The notes beneath the pieces were generated by a model. That model worked only from the letters and a program-made list of their open reading frames with translations. It was not told where the DNA came from and searched no databases. Source: Candidatus Pelagibacterales bacterium (GTDB taxonomy: Bacteria > Pseudomonadota > Alphaproteobacteria > Pelagibacterales > AG-422-B15). Taken from it: a stretch of DNA of 47,024 bases. Shown here in pieces: positions 1 through 9,741 of this stretch (the first letter of the stretch is position 1; each line of letters begins with the position of its first letter). The DNA lies in contig JAQWTH010000033.1 of the NCBI GenBank assembly GCA_029242795.1, positions 1 to 47,024 on the forward strand, read 5' to 3'. The position numbers and the translations under genes are program-made.

Positions 1-1689
1 GAAAAAGAAACAGATACATTTTTACCTGATCAATCAAGACAAAAAGAAACTGTGACCGGCTCAGCGAATGGTTCTTTTACATTAAAAGAAAGTTTAGCCG
101 ATGGATTTAAGAAGGGGTATCAACTCTCAGATGAAATTACAAAGAATGGAATAGAAACTTCCATGCCGATATCAGATGAAAAAGATTTTGGTCCACACGA
201 CAAGTTCTGGTGCATGCCCCTCCCAGACAATAAACACCATAAAAGGTTTGTTGATTTTCAAAATGATGTAGCTGTATCAGATATTCAATTAGCAGTAAGA
301 GAAGGTTTCAGATCAATTGAGCATGTAAAAAGATATACCACTCTTGGAATGGCTACAGATCAAGGTAAAACAAGCAATCTGAATGGTCTGCAACTCGTAT
401 CAGATCTAGAAAAGAAAATTGTTCCAGAAGTTGGGCACACAACTTTTAGACCACCTTATACATCTGTAACTATCGGCACTATTATTGGTCGTGAAGTTGG
501 AAAAAATTATCGTGCAACAAGAAAATCTCCAATTCATGAATGGCACGAAAAGAATAATGCTGTGTTTGTTGATGCAGGACTATGGCTACGCCCAAGATAT
601 TATAAGCGAGGGAATGAGACTCTCCAAGAAGCGGCAAAGAGAGAGGCGCTAAATGTAAGACAAAATGTTGGCATTTGCGATGTAACGTCTCTTGGAAAAA
701 TTGATATTAAAGGAAATGACTCTGCAGAGTTTCTAAATCGAGTATATACAAACGCCTTTCTAAAATTACCTGTTGGAAAAGCACGATATGGTGTGATGTT
801 AAGGGAGGATGGAATGGTTTTTGATGATGGTACTACAACACGAATAGCTGAAAACCATTTTCATATGACAACCACCACAGCACAAGCTGCAAATGTTCTT
901 TCGCATCTTGAATATTACCTTCAAGTTGTCTGGCCAGAACTTGATGTTAATGTTGTATCAACCACTGAACAATGGGCTGGGGCAGCAATTGCAGGTCCAA
1001 AATCTAGAGAGTTGTTACAATGTCTATTCCCTCATGATGATATGAGTAATGAGGGCTTTCCTTTTATGGGCTTCAAAGAATTAAAATTTAAAAATACATC
1101 TGCTCGCATTTTCAGAATTTCTTTTTCAGGAGAATTGGCTTTTGAAGTGAATGTTATGTCTGATTACGGCAATGAGATGTGGAATGAAATTATGTCTCTG
1201 GGTAAAGATTTTGGCATTCAAGCTTACGGCACAGAAGCTTTATCTACGCTGAGAATCGAAATGGGTCATGTCGCTGGTTCTGAGATTGATGGACGAACAA
1301 TTGCTTATGATCTTTCACTAGATGGAATGCTGAGTCAGAAAAAAGATTTTATTGGAAAGAGATCTCTTAATAGAAAAGCATTTACAGAAGATGATAGAGA
1401 AAAAATTGTGGGTGTTGTTCCAATTGATAAAAAAACATCAATTCCTGAGGGCTCTTATTTGGTTGAAAATGCAAAAGCTAGCTTTCCAAATCCCAAGTTA
1501 GGACATGTATCTGCTTCTTGTTGGAGTGTTGAATATGATAACCCTTTTTCATTAGCAATTATCAAAGATGGTAAAAATAAAAAAGGTGAAAAGCTCTTCG
1601 CTGTATCACCATTAAAAAATAAAGTAATTCCTGTGGAAATTGTATCTCAGCATTATGTAGACCCTGAAGGGAAAAGAGTGCGCTCATGA
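1..1689 (+). CDS. soxA: Sarcosine oxidase alpha subunit, C-terminal ~560 aa (5' end outside window)
   Basis: Frame 1 is open from nt 1 (EKETDTFLPDQSRQKETV precedes the tracked GTG at 52), so the gene is cut by the window edge. It has a GcvT-type folate-binding region (HVKRYTTLGMATDQGKTSN, SGELAFEVNV). Its stop overlaps the start of a SoxG-like ORF (ATGA). Confidence 0.85.
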   Translation, partial: EKETDTFLPDQSRQKETVTGSANGSFTLKESLADGFKKGYQLSDEITKNGIETSMPISDEKDFGPHDKFWCMPLPDNKHHKRFVDFQNDVAVSDIQLAVREGFRSIEHVKRYTTLGMATDQGKTSNLNGLQLVSDLEKKIVPEVGHTTFRPPYTSVTIGTIIGREVGKNYRATRKSPIHEWHEKNNAVFVDAGLWLRPRYYKRGNETLQEAAKREALNVRQNVGICDVTSLGKIDIKGNDSAEFLNRVYTNAFLKLPVGKARYGVMLREDGMVFDDGTTTRIAENHFHMTTTTAQAANVLSHLEYYLQVVWPELDVNVVSTTEQWAGAAIAGPKSRELLQCLFPHDDMSNEGFPFMGFKELKFKNTSARIFRISFSGELAFEVNVMSDYGNEMWNEIMSLGKDFGIQAYGTEALSTLRIEMGHVAGSEIDGRTIAYDLSLDGMLSQKKDFIGKRSLNRKAFTEDDREKIVGVVPIDKKTSIPEGSYLVENAKASFPNPKLGHVSASCWSVEYDNPFSLAIIKDGKNKKGEKLFAVSPLKNKVIPVEIVSQHYVDPEGKRVRS

Positions 1690-2273
1690 GTAAAATTTCA
1701 CCATTATCAAATTCTCACGAATTAGGGCTACACGGCAATTATAAGAACAAAGATGAAGCTGATTTATTAATTATAAAAGAAATTACAAATATCAAAATTT
1801 ACCAAATATCTAAATATAAAAATAGTGATGCTGACATAAAAAATATTTCACTTAATGGTCATAATTTTCCTGCTAACTCAGGATTGTCTGCGGGTGATGA
1901 AAATATGAGAATTCAATGGCACGCACCTAATGTTTGGATGATACTCTCTAATAATGAAGATATTTTTCAAGAAATAAAAAAACAATTCATGGACTCTGAT
2001 TTTGCAATTACTGATCTTTCTCATTCTAGGGCAATAATCCAAGTCAAAGGAAAAGATGCTCTTAACGTTATAAAGAAAGGATCTCCACTGAATTTAAATG
2101 ATTTTGGAAAAAATAATTGTGCAAATTCAGTTTATCATGGCATTACAATAACTTTAGATATGATTAATAATGATCCTTTGACATTTAATATAATGGCTCT
2201 AAGAAGTTTTGCAGGCTCGTTTCACCATGCAATTACTGATGCTTCTCTCGAATTTGGTTTTAAAGCAGTTTAA
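1686..2273 (+). CDS. soxG: Sarcosine oxidase gamma subunit
   Basis: 195 aa, translationally coupled to soxA by a 4-nt overlap. The C-terminal LRSFAGSFHHAITDASLEFGF resembles the conserved SoxG tail. Size and position fit the soxA-soxG order. Confidence 0.72.
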   Translation: MSKISPLSNSHELGLHGNYKNKDEADLLIIKEITNIKIYQISKYKNSDADIKNISLNGHNFPANSGLSAGDENMRIQWHAPNVWMILSNNEDIFQEIKKQFMDSDFAITDLSHSRAIIQVKGKDALNVIKKGSPLNLNDFGKNNCANSVYHGITITLDMINNDPLTFNIMALRSFAGSFHHAITDASLEFGFKAV

Positions 2274-2284
2274 AATCAATTCAG

Positions 2285-3307
2285 ATGAGAATTGAAAATA
2301 TCATTTTAAACATATTAAGAGTTTTACCAAAATCGTTCCTAAGATTAATAGCTGGCCCTCCTGTGATAATTGATGGAAATGAACTAGACATAAATATACA
2401 AATCGCTGAAAAACTCTCAGAAAAGGAGATGAAGAAGCAACGTATTACCACTCATGATTATCGAGAAGCAGCTAGACAGTTTGACTTAGCTGGCCTACCA
2501 AGAGTCAGAGGGATAGGAATTGAAGACGTTAAAATCCAAGGTCCTAGTGAAGAATTGAAAGCTCGAATTTATTTTCCTAAGAAAATATCAGATGAAAATG
2601 GTGCAATATTATTTTTTCATCAGGGAGGTTTTGTTTTGATGAGTCATTTAACAGATGACTATTTTTGTTCATTATTAGCAGATGTGTGTAATGCTAAAGT
2701 TATATCACTTGATTATAGACTGTGCCCAGAAAATGAGTTTCCAGCTCCAATTGAAGACTGTCTTTTTCTTTGGGATTACGTGCAAAAAAATTCTTCTACA
2801 TTAGGAATTGATCCACATAAAGTTGCGCTTGCGGGTGATAGTGCTGGAGGAATGATATCTAGCACAATGTCAATTGTGTTAAGAGATAGGAAAGAAATTC
2901 AACCGCTTGCTATATGCATCGCATACCCATGGGTAACGCCAAGTATGAAAGATCAACCTTCAATTGAAAGCTGCGCTAATACTTTCCCTATGTCTAGAGA
3001 AACTATGGAGTTTTTTAATAAAAATGTCTTTCCAGATGGGAAAAACCTTGATCATCCTTGGGCAAATCCTCTGAATAAAAACGATTTATCAAATTTACCA
3101 CCAACAATAATTGCTACTGCAGGATTTGATCCTATAAGAGACCAGGGACAATATTTTGCTAAGAAATTAATTGAAGCAGAGAACGAGGTAAAGCATCTCT
3201 TTTTTTCAAATCTTTCACATAGTTTCTTAATATTAGGACGTATTAGTAAAAAAGCTAATGAAGCCAGTATAAAATTAGCTTACGAGTTGTCTAAATATTT
3301 TGAGTAA
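2285..3307 (+). CDS. Alpha/beta hydrolase fold-3 esterase/lipase (HSL-like family IV)
   Basis: Oxyanion-hole motif FHQGGF (a variant of HGGG), nucleophile elbow GDSAGG, and a C-terminal DP..D and H region typical of this family. Starts 12 nt after soxG. Confidence 0.85.
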   Translation: MRIENIILNILRVLPKSFLRLIAGPPVIIDGNELDINIQIAEKLSEKEMKKQRITTHDYREAARQFDLAGLPRVRGIGIEDVKIQGPSEELKARIYFPKKISDENGAILFFHQGGFVLMSHLTDDYFCSLLADVCNAKVISLDYRLCPENEFPAPIEDCLFLWDYVQKNSSTLGIDPHKVALAGDSAGGMISSTMSIVLRDRKEIQPLAICIAYPWVTPSMKDQPSIESCANTFPMSRETMEFFNKNVFPDGKNLDHPWANPLNKNDLSNLPPTIIATAGFDPIRDQGQYFAKKLIEAENEVKHLFFSNLSHSFLILGRISKKANEASIKLAYELSKYFE

Positions 3308-3412
3308 AATTAAATTAGCTGTATTGGCTTTAAGAAATTTTATGATTGTGTTTTCAATTTTGTCACAGCATAATTATTTTTAGTTAATAAACGCAAATTA
3401 AATAATAATGAA

Positions 3413-4186
3413 ATGTTACTAAAAAATAAAAAAGTTATTATATCAGCTGGAGCAAGAGGTATTGGCTGGGCCACAGCTAAGGTATTACATAAGAGAGGCG
3501 CAAAGATATTTTTATGTGATATAGACGAAAAGCGTATTCAAAAAATTAATAAAGATAAGAAAAATAGTATTCGCGCTTTTTTTTGCAATGCTGACAATGA
3601 AAAAGATGTTAAAAAATTTTTTAAAGAGGTAAAAAAAGTTACAAATTCAATTGATTGTTTAATTAATAACGTAGGAGTTGCAGGTCCCACAGGAGTAATT
3701 GAAAAATTAAATACTGAAAATTGGGATCAAACCCTTAAAACAAATGTTATAAGTCATTTCTTATTCACAAAAAATGCTATTCCAATGCTAAAAAAAAATA
3801 AAGGAGGCTCCATAATAAATATTTCTTCAACCGCTGGTGTTTTTGGTTTCCCACTAAGATCTCCCTATGCTGTAAGTAAGGCGGCAACTTTGAGTTTTAC
3901 TAAGACAGCGGCAATGGAATTAGGGAAGTATGGGATAAGAGTTAATGCCATTCTTCCTGGTGTAACACGAGGATCAAGAATGAACAGAGTCATTGATGCA
4001 AAAGCCAAATACTTGGGCGTATCGAAAAAAAGTATCGAAAAAGATTTTGTGTCTATGGCGTCAATGAATAGCTGGATCGAAGAAGAAGATATTGGAAAAT
4101 TGTGTTCATTTCTAATGTCTGACGATAGCAATAAAATTTCAGGACAATCTATTGCTGTTGACGGCAATACATTGCGAGCTGACTAG
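3413..4186 (+). CDS. Short-chain dehydrogenase/reductase (SDR) family oxidoreductase
   Basis: Rossmann motif SAGARGIGWA, NNVG, catalytic SST...YAVSKAA (YxxxK), and PG motif ILPGVT. Confidence 0.9.
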   Translation: MLLKNKKVIISAGARGIGWATAKVLHKRGAKIFLCDIDEKRIQKINKDKKNSIRAFFCNADNEKDVKKFFKEVKKVTNSIDCLINNVGVAGPTGVIEKLNTENWDQTLKTNVISHFLFTKNAIPMLKKNKGGSIINISSTAGVFGFPLRSPYAVSKAATLSFTKTAAMELGKYGIRVNAILPGVTRGSRMNRVIDAKAKYLGVSKKSIEKDFVSMASMNSWIEEEDIGKLCSFLMSDDSNKISGQSIAVDGNTLRAD

Positions 4187-4193
4187 ATTTTTA

Positions 4194-5360
4194 TTATAAA
4201 TTTCCTTCAAATGAATTTAAGTAAAGTGTTTTCATATCATCTTCGCTTAAATCAACCGGATTAGTGGAAGTCGATGGGTCAACAAGTGCCATCTTAGACA
4301 ATTTGTCAAAATCAAATTTAAGGTTGAGATCTTTTAGAGTATGAGGAATTGAGAGCTCATTTCTTAAATCTAAGATCCATTTTAGGAACCCATCAAATGT
4401 TTGATTATCTAAATCAATATATTTAGATAGAGAAATAATTCTTTCTTCTATTTGGGGCTGATTGAATTTAATGACGTACGGCATGAAAATTGCATTCGAT
4501 AGCCCATGATGAACATCATTAACAGCATTAATAGGATGGCTTAATGAATGAATTGCACCCAATCCCTTTTGAAATGCGGTTGAGCCCATCGTTGAACTAA
4601 CCAACATTTTTGCTCTAGCTTCAATATTTTCTGGAGAATTATAAGCGTTAATTAAATTTTCCTTAATAATCTTAATGCCCTCAAGAGCAATTCCATGTGC
4701 CATTGGATGAAAAACATTTGAACAATATGCTTCAAGACAATGAGCCAAAGCGTCCATTCCAGTTGCAGCTGTTAAATGTTTAGGTAAAGAAATTGTAAGA
4801 GAAGGATCAAGGACGACTAAATCTGGTAGCATCGTTGGATGAAAAATAATTTTTTTTGTATACGTTTGCTCATCCACAATTAGAGATGCTCTTCCTGTTT
4901 CTGATCCAGTTCCAGCTGTGGTTGGAACAGCTATTACTCTTGGTAAATTTTCAATGATAGCTCTTGTCCAATTATCGCCGATATCCTCAAAGTACCAAAT
5001 ATTTTCTTTTTGTTTAGACATAAAAGCAATTGCTTTTCCTGCATCAAGTGAACTTCCTCCACCAATTGCAATTACACCATCATTTTTATCTTTGAGAAAA
5101 ACTTCAACGCCATCATTAATATTTTTTCCAGTTGGATTACCTTTTATTTCTGAAAAAATGCTTAATTTGATTTCTGATTTGGTCAAATTTTCGACAATGG
5201 TATTAAATTGATCAATTTCTCTAAATTGAGGGTCAGTTACAATCAGAGGATTTTTTATTCCCAGTTCATAAATAAACTCTGCAAGTTCGTGAATTCTATC
5301 AACACCAAATTTAATTGGTGTTGGATAATTCCAATTTATATTTTGAATATTAGTTTCCAA
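4194..5360 (-). CDS. Iron-containing (group III) alcohol dehydrogenase
   Basis: Fe-ADH hallmarks are present: GGGSSLDAGKA, PTTAGTGSE, metal-binding H motifs (ALAHCLEAY, HSLSHPI, HHG). The start is ambiguous. TTG at 5360 is preceded by GAGG with a 6-nt spacer and sits just before the conserved N-terminus (NWNYPTPIKFG). ATGs at 5396 and 5420 would overlap the upstream gene by 47 and 71 nt. Confidence 0.85.
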   Translation of the reverse strand: METNIQNINWNYPTPIKFGVDRIHELAEFIYELGIKNPLIVTDPQFREIDQFNTIVENLTKSEIKLSIFSEIKGNPTGKNINDGVEVFLKDKNDGVIAIGGGSSLDAGKAIAFMSKQKENIWYFEDIGDNWTRAIIENLPRVIAVPTTAGTGSETGRASLIVDEQTYTKKIIFHPTMLPDLVVLDPSLTISLPKHLTAATGMDALAHCLEAYCSNVFHPMAHGIALEGIKIIKENLINAYNSPENIEARAKMLVSSTMGSTAFQKGLGAIHSLSHPINAVNDVHHGLSNAIFMPYVIKFNQPQIEERIISLSKYIDLDNQTFDGFLKWILDLRNELSIPHTLKDLNLKFDFDKLSKMALVDPSTSTNPVDLSEDDMKTLYLNSFEGNL

Positions 5361-6303
5361 TTTTGACCTCGTAACCTTCTCTTCTTGGAGTATCATCAAT
5401 AAGTTCTGATGGAAAACCATCAGCTCTTAAGTCGGCTTGACACGCATCTTCTATTCTTTTAACTATCATTGAAGACCAGGCCCGATCTCCATATTTATCA
5501 CGCCCCTTTTTAAAAATTTCTGTTATCAGGGAAGATATCTCTGTTGGAATGTTCATTGATTTAGCAAGGTCATCAAATAAACCAACGTCTTTACAAACTA
5601 GGTCCATAGTGAAATTAATATTATAACTTCCATTCATTATAACTTGGCTTTCAGTTTCATGAACGAATGAATTTCCTGAACTAATCTTTATTCCTTCATA
5701 AGCTTTTTTTAAATCGATCCCTGCTTTTTTACAAACCATTAAACCTTCTCCCAAAGCAGCGAGGTGAGTTGAGGCTAAGTAATTTGTAACTACTTTTAAA
5801 ACCGAAGCCTTACCTAATTCACCTACATGTAGAATCTGATATCCCATGGCAGATAATGCTGGAAAAGCCATCTCAAAAGCAATTCGTGAACCACCAACTA
5901 AGATTGCAATATTTCCAGTAGCAGCTCTGTGACATCCACCTGAAACAGGCGCTTCGCAACAATGAATTCCTTTTTTTTCCATTAACTCTCCAAGGCGTAA
6001 CATCTCACGACTATCAGTTGTACTCATCTCAATCCAAACCTTGCCTTCTTTAGCACCATGTATTAATCCATCACTTCCCTCCACAACATTTGCAACAGCT
6101 TCGGGGCTTGGTAGACAAGTGATCGCAATGTCAGATAAGGATACAAGTTCTTTAGGAGAGTTAGTCCATTGAGCACCAGATTGCATTAAGTCTTCAGCAT
6201 TACTTTTTTCAAGATCATAAACATATAGATGATGTCCGGCTGATAATAGACTGTTTGCTAATTTAAAACCTACATTACCTAGTCCAATAAACCCTATTTT
6301 CAT
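5350..6303 (-). CDS. NAD(P)-dependent beta-hydroxyacid dehydrogenase (3-hydroxyisobutyrate dehydrogenase family)
   Basis: N-terminal dinucleotide fold MKIGFIGLGNVG, a central SGG motif (PVSGG), and a catalytic-Lys region (ASVLKVVTNY) typical of HIBADH / tartronate semialdehyde reductase-type enzymes. Confidence 0.85.
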   Translation of the reverse strand: MKIGFIGLGNVGFKLANSLLSAGHHLYVYDLEKSNAEDLMQSGAQWTNSPKELVSLSDIAITCLPSPEAVANVVEGSDGLIHGAKEGKVWIEMSTTDSREMLRLGELMEKKGIHCCEAPVSGGCHRAATGNIAILVGGSRIAFEMAFPALSAMGYQILHVGELGKASVLKVVTNYLASTHLAALGEGLMVCKKAGIDLKKAYEGIKISSGNSFVHETESQVIMNGSYNINFTMDLVCKDVGLFDDLAKSMNIPTEISSLITEIFKKGRDKYGDRAWSSMIVKRIEDACQADLRADGFPSELIDDTPRREGYEVKIGN

Positions 6304-6323
6304 AAAAATTAATCCTTTCAGTC

Positions 6324-7232
6324 TTACAGTGTTGGTGGAACAGGTCTTTGCCTTGTTCCGATAGCATGAAATGCAATTGAAAAAATTATAACTAAACCAC
6401 CGATTAATGTGTAAGACTCAGGTACTTCGTTTACTCCAAAGAGTGGTATCCAACACCAAATTACTCCTCCAACAACTTCAGTCAATGATAGCAACATAAA
6501 CTCTGCAGCTGGTAAATATTTTGATCCAATACTTAGAAGTATTAATCCTGATGCTACAAATGAACCATGTAAAATACTTAGTAGAATATTTCTTGTAGGC
6601 ATCGTTAGATTTTCGGAGAAGATTAATATCATTATAACTGAAAACAAGGCGCATGTTACACCTGATATCATTATGGTTGTAAATTTAGGCGTATCAGGCT
6701 GCCATCTTAAGGTTACAGCGAAAGTTGCAAATGAAACTGAACAAAATAATCCAAAAACCCATCCCATAAAAGTTCCCGACTGCCAATCGCTGTAGGCCAT
6801 GATGAACATGCCACCTAGTGAAATCACACAAGCTATTAAGGTCGCTGCTCTAACATATTCTCTCAAAAATATATAAGCAAAGAGACCTGCAAATAATGGT
6901 TGGGTTCCAATCATGAATAGTGTGGTTGCTGCTGATGTATAGGTCATTCCAAAAATAAAAAAAATAAAAGCAAACGCTAATGCGACACCGCCAAGTAACC
7001 CAGAAAGGCCAACTCTTTTAAAATTATGTCGAAATGCAAAACCTTCTTTATAAAGTAAAAAAATCAATAAAATTGTGGCTACGGTCAAACCTCTACAGAA
7101 TAAATAATGCCATTGATATATTTGGGCATCAACCATATGTCTTACAGTTGGAGCACCGAAACTCCAAATCAATCCAGCTGATAGAGCAAGTACAAATCCT
7201 AAAAAATATTTTTTGTTATAATCGGAACTCAT
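6324..7232 (-). CDS. DMT superfamily (EamA-like) transporter
   Basis: About 10 hydrophobic helices in a two-fold EamA-like arrangement. I start it at ATG 7232 (MSSDYNKKYF...) rather than tracked 7289, which removes the overlap with the divergent gene at 7279. Confidence 0.82.
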   Translation of the reverse strand: MSSDYNKKYFLGFVLALSAGLIWSFGAPTVRHMVDAQIYQWHYLFCRGLTVATILLIFLLYKEGFAFRHNFKRVGLSGLLGGVALAFAFIFFIFGMTYTSAATTLFMIGTQPLFAGLFAYIFLREYVRAATLIACVISLGGMFIMAYSDWQSGTFMGWVFGLFCSVSFATFAVTLRWQPDTPKFTTIMISGVTCALFSVIMILIFSENLTMPTRNILLSILHGSFVASGLILLSIGSKYLPAAEFMLLSLTEVVGGVIWCWIPLFGVNEVPESYTLIGGLVIIFSIAFHAIGTRQRPVPPTL

Positions 7233-7278
7233 ATGGCTTGAAAAAGAATATATAAAAAAACAACTTATTACACTATAA

Positions 7279-8412
7279 ATGATACACATGAATGACAGTA
7301 AAATCAGAGGGTTTTGCCATAATAACTTTCAAAATGTTTCTGATACATTTTTAAATAATTTAAATAGTGATGAGGAAGTTGGCGCTTCGTACACTGTAAT
7401 TCAAAATGGTAAAATTATAGTTGATATTCATGGGGGCTTTAAAGATAAAGATCAAATCGACCCTTGGAATGCAGATACATTAGTTGGAGTCCATTCAACT
7501 GGTAAGGGCATTATCTCAATGATTGTTGCTCTTCTCATTGACCAAAAAAAACTCTGTCTTGATGAATATGTTTCTAACTACTGGCCTGAATTTAAAGGAG
7601 ATGGCAAAGAGGAAATAAAAGTGAGAACTTTACTATCTCATCAAGCTGGAATGTATGCATGGAGAGAAAAAGTTCATGAGGATGATTTTCACAATTGGAC
7701 ATACGTTGTTGAACTACTTGAAAAACAAAGTCCATTTCATAAGCCCAATGAACTCATCTGCTATCATCCAAAAACAATAGGATTTCTCGTTGGTGAACTT
7801 ATCAAAAGAATTACTAAGAAAACAATTGGGGAGTTTCTTAAGGAACAAATATCTATACCGTTAAATGCTGATTGCTTTATTGGAACTCCTGAAGTTTATC
7901 ATGACAATATAGCGACATTAATCAGCGCTCCAAGTTTAAGAAAGGCTTTTAGTGATCCTAAAAATATTGATGAATATACATTAAAATCATTCCTCAACCC
8001 TGGAAATAGAACAAAAACAGCAAATACAAAAGAATATCGTCTTGCAGAAATTCCTGCTCTAAATTGTCATAGCAACTCAAAGTCTTTAGCTAAAATTTAT
8101 GATTTTTTCCTTAATAGTGACTTTATCAGTAAAAATACATTAAATCAGATTACTTCAATCGAAGTTAGAGGAGACGATCAAGTAATGAAAAGGCCAATGC
8201 AGTGGAGTCCTGTTGGTTTTAGTATTGGAGGAGGAAAATTGTTCGGCAAGAGCAGTCTTTCTTTCGGGCATACTGGATGGGGAGGCTCAATGGCATTTGC
8301 AGATCCAGATAATAATCTCAGTATATCATATACAATGAATATGCTTACAGGATCTATGCTTGGAGATCAAAGGGCTTTGGACTTAGTTGAGGCAACTTAT
8401 AAGAATTTATGA
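7279..8412 (+). CDS. Beta-lactamase-fold serine hydrolase (family VIII esterase / AmpH-like)
   Basis: SxxK motif HSTGKG, LLSHQAGM, a Tyr motif region (CYHPKTIGFLVGELI), and a C-terminal HTGWGGS (KTG-box equivalent). No signal peptide. Alternative start ATG at 7288. Confidence 0.85.
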   Translation: MIHMNDSKIRGFCHNNFQNVSDTFLNNLNSDEEVGASYTVIQNGKIIVDIHGGFKDKDQIDPWNADTLVGVHSTGKGIISMIVALLIDQKKLCLDEYVSNYWPEFKGDGKEEIKVRTLLSHQAGMYAWREKVHEDDFHNWTYVVELLEKQSPFHKPNELICYHPKTIGFLVGELIKRITKKTIGEFLKEQISIPLNADCFIGTPEVYHDNIATLISAPSLRKAFSDPKNIDEYTLKSFLNPGNRTKTANTKEYRLAEIPALNCHSNSKSLAKIYDFFLNSDFISKNTLNQITSIEVRGDDQVMKRPMQWSPVGFSIGGGKLFGKSSLSFGHTGWGGSMAFADPDNNLSISYTMNMLTGSMLGDQRALDLVEATYKNL

Positions 8413-9734
8413 AATTAGCTTTTAAAACAAAATTTTTTTATGGAGGTGGAGACTTTGCTATAAACATTATGTGGCAGTTGACTGTCTTTTACTTAATGTT
8501 TTTTTATACGGATGTTTTTGGACTATCACCTGCAAATGCTGGTTTAGTTTTTTTTCTTTCCAAGATTTGGGATTCAATAACTGACCCAATAATGGGCTAT
8601 ATAGCTGATAATACATCATCAAGATGGGGTAAATTCAGACCTTATATTCTTTTTGGATCCGTCCCAGCTTTGATTGCAATCGTATTGTGTTTTACATCTC
8701 CTGATTTAAGTGAGACAGGTAAATTTTATTGGGCGCTTTTTTCATACATTACATTCACGACCTTATACACTGTAATTGCTATTCCAATCGGTTCACTTAT
8801 TCCAGCTTTAACAAATGATATAAATGAACGTACATCATTAGCTTCATTTAGGTATTTGGGAGCCAGCTGTGGCTCAATAACTGTAGCAGTTTTAACGTTG
8901 CCACTCGTGGGTCTTTTTAGTTCACAAAAAATAGGATTCCCGATTACTATTTCGATGTTTGCTTTTTTGGCTTTTATTTTATTTTTACTATGTTTTTATT
9001 TTACTCAAGAGAATTTCTCAAAAGTTTATGAAAAAAGAATTAGTGTAAAAGACACAGTATCGATGGTGATCTCAAATTCACCGTTACACTTTATTATAGT
9101 CGCCTTATTAGGAACGTGGGTTGCAAACAATATTAAACAAGTCACTGTTGTCTATTTTATAAAATACAATCTACAGCTCGAAGCATACTTTAGCGTCTTA
9201 TTACTCGCAGTTATTTTACAGATCATGCTTGGGGCGTACCTCGCAAGTGTAATAAGAAATATGTTTGAAAAAAAAACAATCTATATTATTGGAACTGCTC
9301 TTTATGTCGTCACTGACTTAATCGTTTATTATATAACTGGATATGACAATTTTTGGCTTTTTGGATTTGTTATCTTCTTTGGATTTGTAGGATTTGGTAT
9401 GGCAGGTGTAGTTGCCTGGTCAATGCTAGCGGATACAATAGAATTTGGTGAATGGAAATCTGGATTTAGAGCCGAAGGAGTTTTAAATTCATCTTATGTA
9501 TTTCTTTTCAAATTAAGTGTTGGATTCAGTGCTTGGTTAGCTGGCTATATACTTGAAAAAACAAATTATATTCCAAATGAAACTGTCCAAAGTGAAGAGA
9601 CATTAAATGGTCTATTTATAATGGGATATATTTTTCCAGCAGTTGCTGGAACTATTGCAATGGTCATAATGTTTTTTAACAAATATGACAGCAAATTTTA
9701 TGAAAAAATATTTGCTGAACTTCAAAAGAGATAG
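8409..9734 (+). CDS. Glycoside-pentoside-hexuronide (GPH) family cation symporter (MelB-like MFS)
   Basis: Classic GPH N-terminal signature: YGGGDFAINIMWQLTVFYLMFFYTDVFGLSPANAG...SKIWDSITDPIMGYIADNTSSRWGKFRPY. 12 predicted TM helices. ATGA overlap with the upstream hydrolase. Confidence 0.9.
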   Translation: MKLAFKTKFFYGGGDFAINIMWQLTVFYLMFFYTDVFGLSPANAGLVFFLSKIWDSITDPIMGYIADNTSSRWGKFRPYILFGSVPALIAIVLCFTSPDLSETGKFYWALFSYITFTTLYTVIAIPIGSLIPALTNDINERTSLASFRYLGASCGSITVAVLTLPLVGLFSSQKIGFPITISMFAFLAFILFLLCFYFTQENFSKVYEKRISVKDTVSMVISNSPLHFIIVALLGTWVANNIKQVTVVYFIKYNLQLEAYFSVLLLAVILQIMLGAYLASVIRNMFEKKTIYIIGTALYVVTDLIVYYITGYDNFWLFGFVIFFGFVGFGMAGVVAWSMLADTIEFGEWKSGFRAEGVLNSSYVFLFKLSVGFSAWLAGYILEKTNYIPNETVQSEETLNGLFIMGYIFPAVAGTIAMVIMFFNKYDSKFYEKIFAELQKR

Positions 9735-9741
9735 CTGTTAA

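Noticed and set aside
7232-7289. Apparent head-to-head overlap of the EamA ORF (tracked to 7289) and the serine hydrolase ORF (from 7279)
   Set aside because: It is resolved by using the internal ATG at 7232 for the transporter. The 19 extra N-terminal codons are not needed for the first TM helix, and divergent genes need promoter space.
4194-9734. Resemblance to sulfoquinovose catabolism (GPH-family YihO/YihP-like transporter, YihU-like beta-hydroxyacid dehydrogenase, exporter, TauE-like protein at 19297)
   Set aside because: The defining components are missing: no GH31 sulfoquinovosidase, isomerase, PfkB-type kinase or aldolase. The glycosidase here is GH1 and the kinase is a GHMP galactokinase type. 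The similarity is at the superfamily level only.
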